Below are positions 60,758-64,000 of a stretch of DNA of 64,000 bases, piece by piece (position 1 is the stretch's first letter; each line of letters begins with the position of its first letter). The DNA lies in the NCBI GenBank assembly GCA_030390025.1, contig CM059432.1, positions 83,640,001-83,704,000 of the forward strand, given 5' to 3'. A model generated the notes under the pieces. The model saw only the letters and a program-made list of their open reading frames with translations, did not search any database and was not told where the DNA came from. The translations under genes and the position numbers were made by a program. This stretch comes from Squalus acanthias (taxonomy: Eukaryota).

Positions 60758-61009
60758 TCAGACCAAATAGTCCTGGGTAACGATAGCAGGAATTAAATGC
60801 ACAGTAAAGTCCTTCTACTCTTTCTGAATAATGTCTTAACCTTAAAGTTACATTCCTGCTGTGTCAGAATAGTCTGTGTGACATCATTTCAGTTGCAATT
60901 GGGTCCTCCAGCTTCCACTGAAACTTGAAGCATCACAGCACATCCACATTGGGTAATCCACACTATATGTGACTCGCCATCAGTGGTGCTACTGTAAGTT
61001 TTGGTGCAA

Positions 61010-61440
61010 GCCAGGGATGAGGAACTTCAGCTCTGTGGTGAGACTAGAGATACTGGGATTGTTCTCCTTAGAGTAGAGAAGATTAAAGGGAAATTTAATG
61101 AAGGGTTACATAGAGTAAATCAGGAGAAACTGTTTCCACTGGGGGGGTGGGTTGGAAACCAGGTGACACAGATTTAAGGTAATTGGCAAAAGAAGATAAG
61201 AAGAATTTTTTTCACGCAGTAAGTTGTTATGATCTGGAATACACTGCCTGAAAGGGTGGTGGAAGCAGATTCACTAGTATCTTTGAAAAGTGAATTGGAT
61301 ATAAACTTGAAAAGGCAAAATTTGCAGGGTTATGGGGAAAGAGCAGGAGAATGGGACTAATTGAGTAGCTCTTTCAAAGAGCTGGCACAGGCACGATGGG
61401 CCAAATAGCCTCCTGTGCTGTAAGATTCTATGATTCTATA
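61010..61440 (+). mobile_element. CR1 (HER1-type) 3' fragment
   Basis: Degenerate ORF2 end and GATTCTATGATTCTAT tail. Confidence 0.8.
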
Positions 61441-61699
61441 ACCTCTTCAGGCACACCAACTACTAACCTAGAGAATCAGACTCACACTGGTAGGTAGGTA
61501 GCCTATAAACAGTGGCCTTGACTGTTACACTGGAGTTGATATGATATTACTCCATCACTCAGCCACCACCTTATGTGTGTCATGGTGGGGCTGATACAGC
61601 TAGAGTTACTTTGGATTTGACAGCCTTTAGGCACTTTTACATTAGCTTAGGTTGGCCCACTATAATGTAGCTCTACAGTTCTTCAGTGGGATGAGAGAA

Positions 61700-61861
61700 C
61701 CACGGCAGCTGGGGAATTTAAATTCAGTGAATTAAATAAATCTGGAATAATTACTAGTATCAGTAATGGTAACCATGAAACTATCAGATTGTCGTAAAAG
61801 CCCATCTGGATCACTAATGTCCTTTAGGGAAGGAAATCTGCCATCCTTACCTGGTCTGGCC
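61700..61861 (+). mobile_element. SINE fragment truncated by the RTE insertion
   Basis: CACGGCAGCTGGGGAATTTAAATTCA...GTCCTTTAGGGAAGGAAATCTGCC was recognised from memory as a common shark SINE body. The family name is not assigned. Confidence 0.45.
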
Positions 61862-61862
61862 G

Positions 61863-64000
61863 ATCTTCTTCTTAGGCAGTCCCTCGGAACCGAGGATGAC
61901 TTGCTTCCACATTAAAAATGAGTTCGCAGGTGACTGATGAGTCCAATGCGGGACCTACAGTCTCTGTCACAGGTGGGGCAGACGGTGGTTGAAGGGGCGG
62001 GTGGGTGGGGTGCTTGGGTTGATGTGCGCTCCTTGCGCTGCCTGCGCTTAGCTTCCGCTTGCTCCCGGCGAAGAGACTCGAGGTATTCGACGCCTTCCCG
62101 GATGCTTCTCCTCTACTTTGTGCGGTCTTGGGCCAGGGATTCCCAGGTGTCGCTGGGGATGTTACACTTTTTCAAGGAGGCTTTGAGGGTGTCCTTGAAG
62201 CGTTTCCTCTGCCCACCTGGGCCTCTCTTGCCGTGCCGGAGCTCCGAGTAGAGCGCTTGTTTTGGGAGTCTTGTATCGGGCATGCGGACAATGTGACCTG
62301 TCCATCGGAGCTGATCAAGCGTGGTCAAAGTTTCGATGCTGGGGATGTTGGCCTGAGCAAGAACACTGACGTTGGTGCGCCTATACTGCCAATGGATTTG
62401 CAGGATCTGGCGGAGGCAGTGTTGGTGGTACCTCTCCAGTGCTTTGAGGTGCCTGCTGTACATGGTCCATGTCTCTGAGGCATACAGCAGGGCGGGTATC
62501 ACTGCTGCTCTGTAGACCATGAGCTTAGTGCCGGGTTTGAGGTCCTGGTCTTCAAACACTCTCTTCCTCAGGTGACCGAAGGCTGCACTGGCACACTGAA
62601 GGCGGTGTTGGACTTTGTCGTCGACGTCTGCCCTTGTTGACAGTAGGCTCCCGAGGTATGGAAAGTGGTCCATGTTGTCCAAGGCCTTGTCGTGGATTTT
62701 GATAATCGGGGGGCAGTACTGTGTGGCGGGGGCAGGTTGGTAGAGGACCTTTGTCTTACGGATGTTTAGTGTAAGGCCCATGCTCTCGTATGCTTTGGTG
62801 AAGGTGTTGACGATGGTTTGGAGTTCGACCTCGGAGTGAGCGCAGAGGCAAACGTCGTCTGCATACTGTAATTCGACAACAGAGGATGGGACGACCTTGG
62901 ATCTGGACTGGAGGCGACGGAGGTTGAACAGTTTCCCGTTTGTTCTGTAAATTAGCTCCACTCCAGCGGGGAGCTTACTGAGGGTGAGATGGAGCATTGC
63001 AGCAAGGAAGATCGAGAAGAGCGTTGGTGCGATGACACAGCCTTGCTTGACCCCGGTCCGTACGTGAATTGGGTCTGTGGTGGAACCGTTGGTCAGGATC
63101 ATGGCTTGCATGTCATCGTGAAGCTGGCGGAGGATGGTGACAAACTTTTGAGGGCAGCCGAATTTGCGGAGGACACTCCATAATCCCTCACGGTTGACAG
63201 TGTCGAAGGCCTTTGTGAGATCAAAGAAGGCCATGTACAGCAGTTGGTGCTGTTCCCTGCATTTCTCTTGTAATTGACGTGCGATGAAGATCATGTCCAT
63301 TGTGCCCCTTAGTGGGCGGAATCTGCATTTTGTCTCTGGGAGGAGCTCTTCGGCCACAGGGAGAAGGCGATTGAGGAGGATTCTTGCGATGACTTTCCCT
63401 GTGGCAGACAGCAGGGAAACTCCTCTGTAATTACCGCAATCGGACTTATCACCTTTCTTGAAGATGGTCACAATTACGGCGTCTCTGAGATCCCCTGGCA
63501 TGCTCTCCTCCTTCCATATAAGAGAAATGAGTTCATGAATACACGCCAGTAGTGCTTCTCCGCCATGCTTTAGTGCCTCGGCGGGGATTCCATCTGCTCC
63601 TGAGGCCTTGTTGTTCTTCAGTTGTCGGATGGCCTTTTCAACCTCATGCCGGGCTGGGGTTGTGCTGAGATGGAGGCGGGTAGCATGCTGCGGGATGGAG
63701 TTAAGGACACTCGCGTCGAAGACAGAGTCGCGGTTAAGGAGATCTTCGAAGTGCACCTTCCAGCGGGCACTGACTGCCTCTCTGTCCTTGATGAGTACCT
63801 CTCCGTTTTTGGCCCGCAGTGGGGTAGGACCTTGGGTGCTTGGGCCGTAGGTGGTCTTGACTGCGCTAAAGAATCCACGCACGTCGTGGTTGTCGGCTAG
63901 CTGCTGGATCTCCTGCGCTTTCTCCACCCACCATCTGTTCTTTAGGTCGCGAGTTTTTTGTTGGACCTCAGCCTTCAGGCATCTGTAGAGCTGCTTTCTT
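61863..64000 (-). mobile_element. RTE-BovB-like LINE (RT domain), continuing past the window end
   Basis: ORF 62113-63927 with KASGADGIP, NYRGVSLL, FFDLTKAFD, GVKQGC and YADD. 3' end GCAAGTCATCCTCGGTTCCGAGGGACTGCCTAAGAAGAAGA. Confidence 0.93.

Noticed and set aside
1..64000. CRISPR arrays, tRNA or rRNA genes, prokaryotic operons
   Set aside because: No regularly spaced repeat-spacer array or structural RNA gene was seen. The only tRNA match is the 14-nt Gypsy primer binding site.

Overview
Repeat-dominated vertebrate DNA, most likely a shark or other elasmobranch (inferred from the repeat repertoire: CR1/HER1-type LINEs, CR1-Zenon-like LINEs, Deu-domain SINEs, RTE-BovB, Penelope-like elements). 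No host protein-coding gene could be identified with confidence. The main content is a dense PIF/Harbinger DNA-transposon community. One apparently complete two-gene element (11257-15365) has an intact DDE transposase on + and an intact three-exon Myb/SANT gene on -. It sits inside the 3' LTR of a full-length Gypsy retrotransposon (11097-19553). The window also holds three decayed or deleted Harbingers carrying Myb/SANT remnants and about ten non-autonomous MITE-like derivatives. These MITEs carry arrays of stem-loops, some conserved in position but not sequence, plus promoter motifs and clustered GTAAGT splice donors, and they repeatedly land in the same ~260-bp stretch of CR1 ORF2. Penelope-derived inserts contribute several minimal hammerhead ribozymes. 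All calls come from reading the sequence by eye; no alignment, folding or database search was run.
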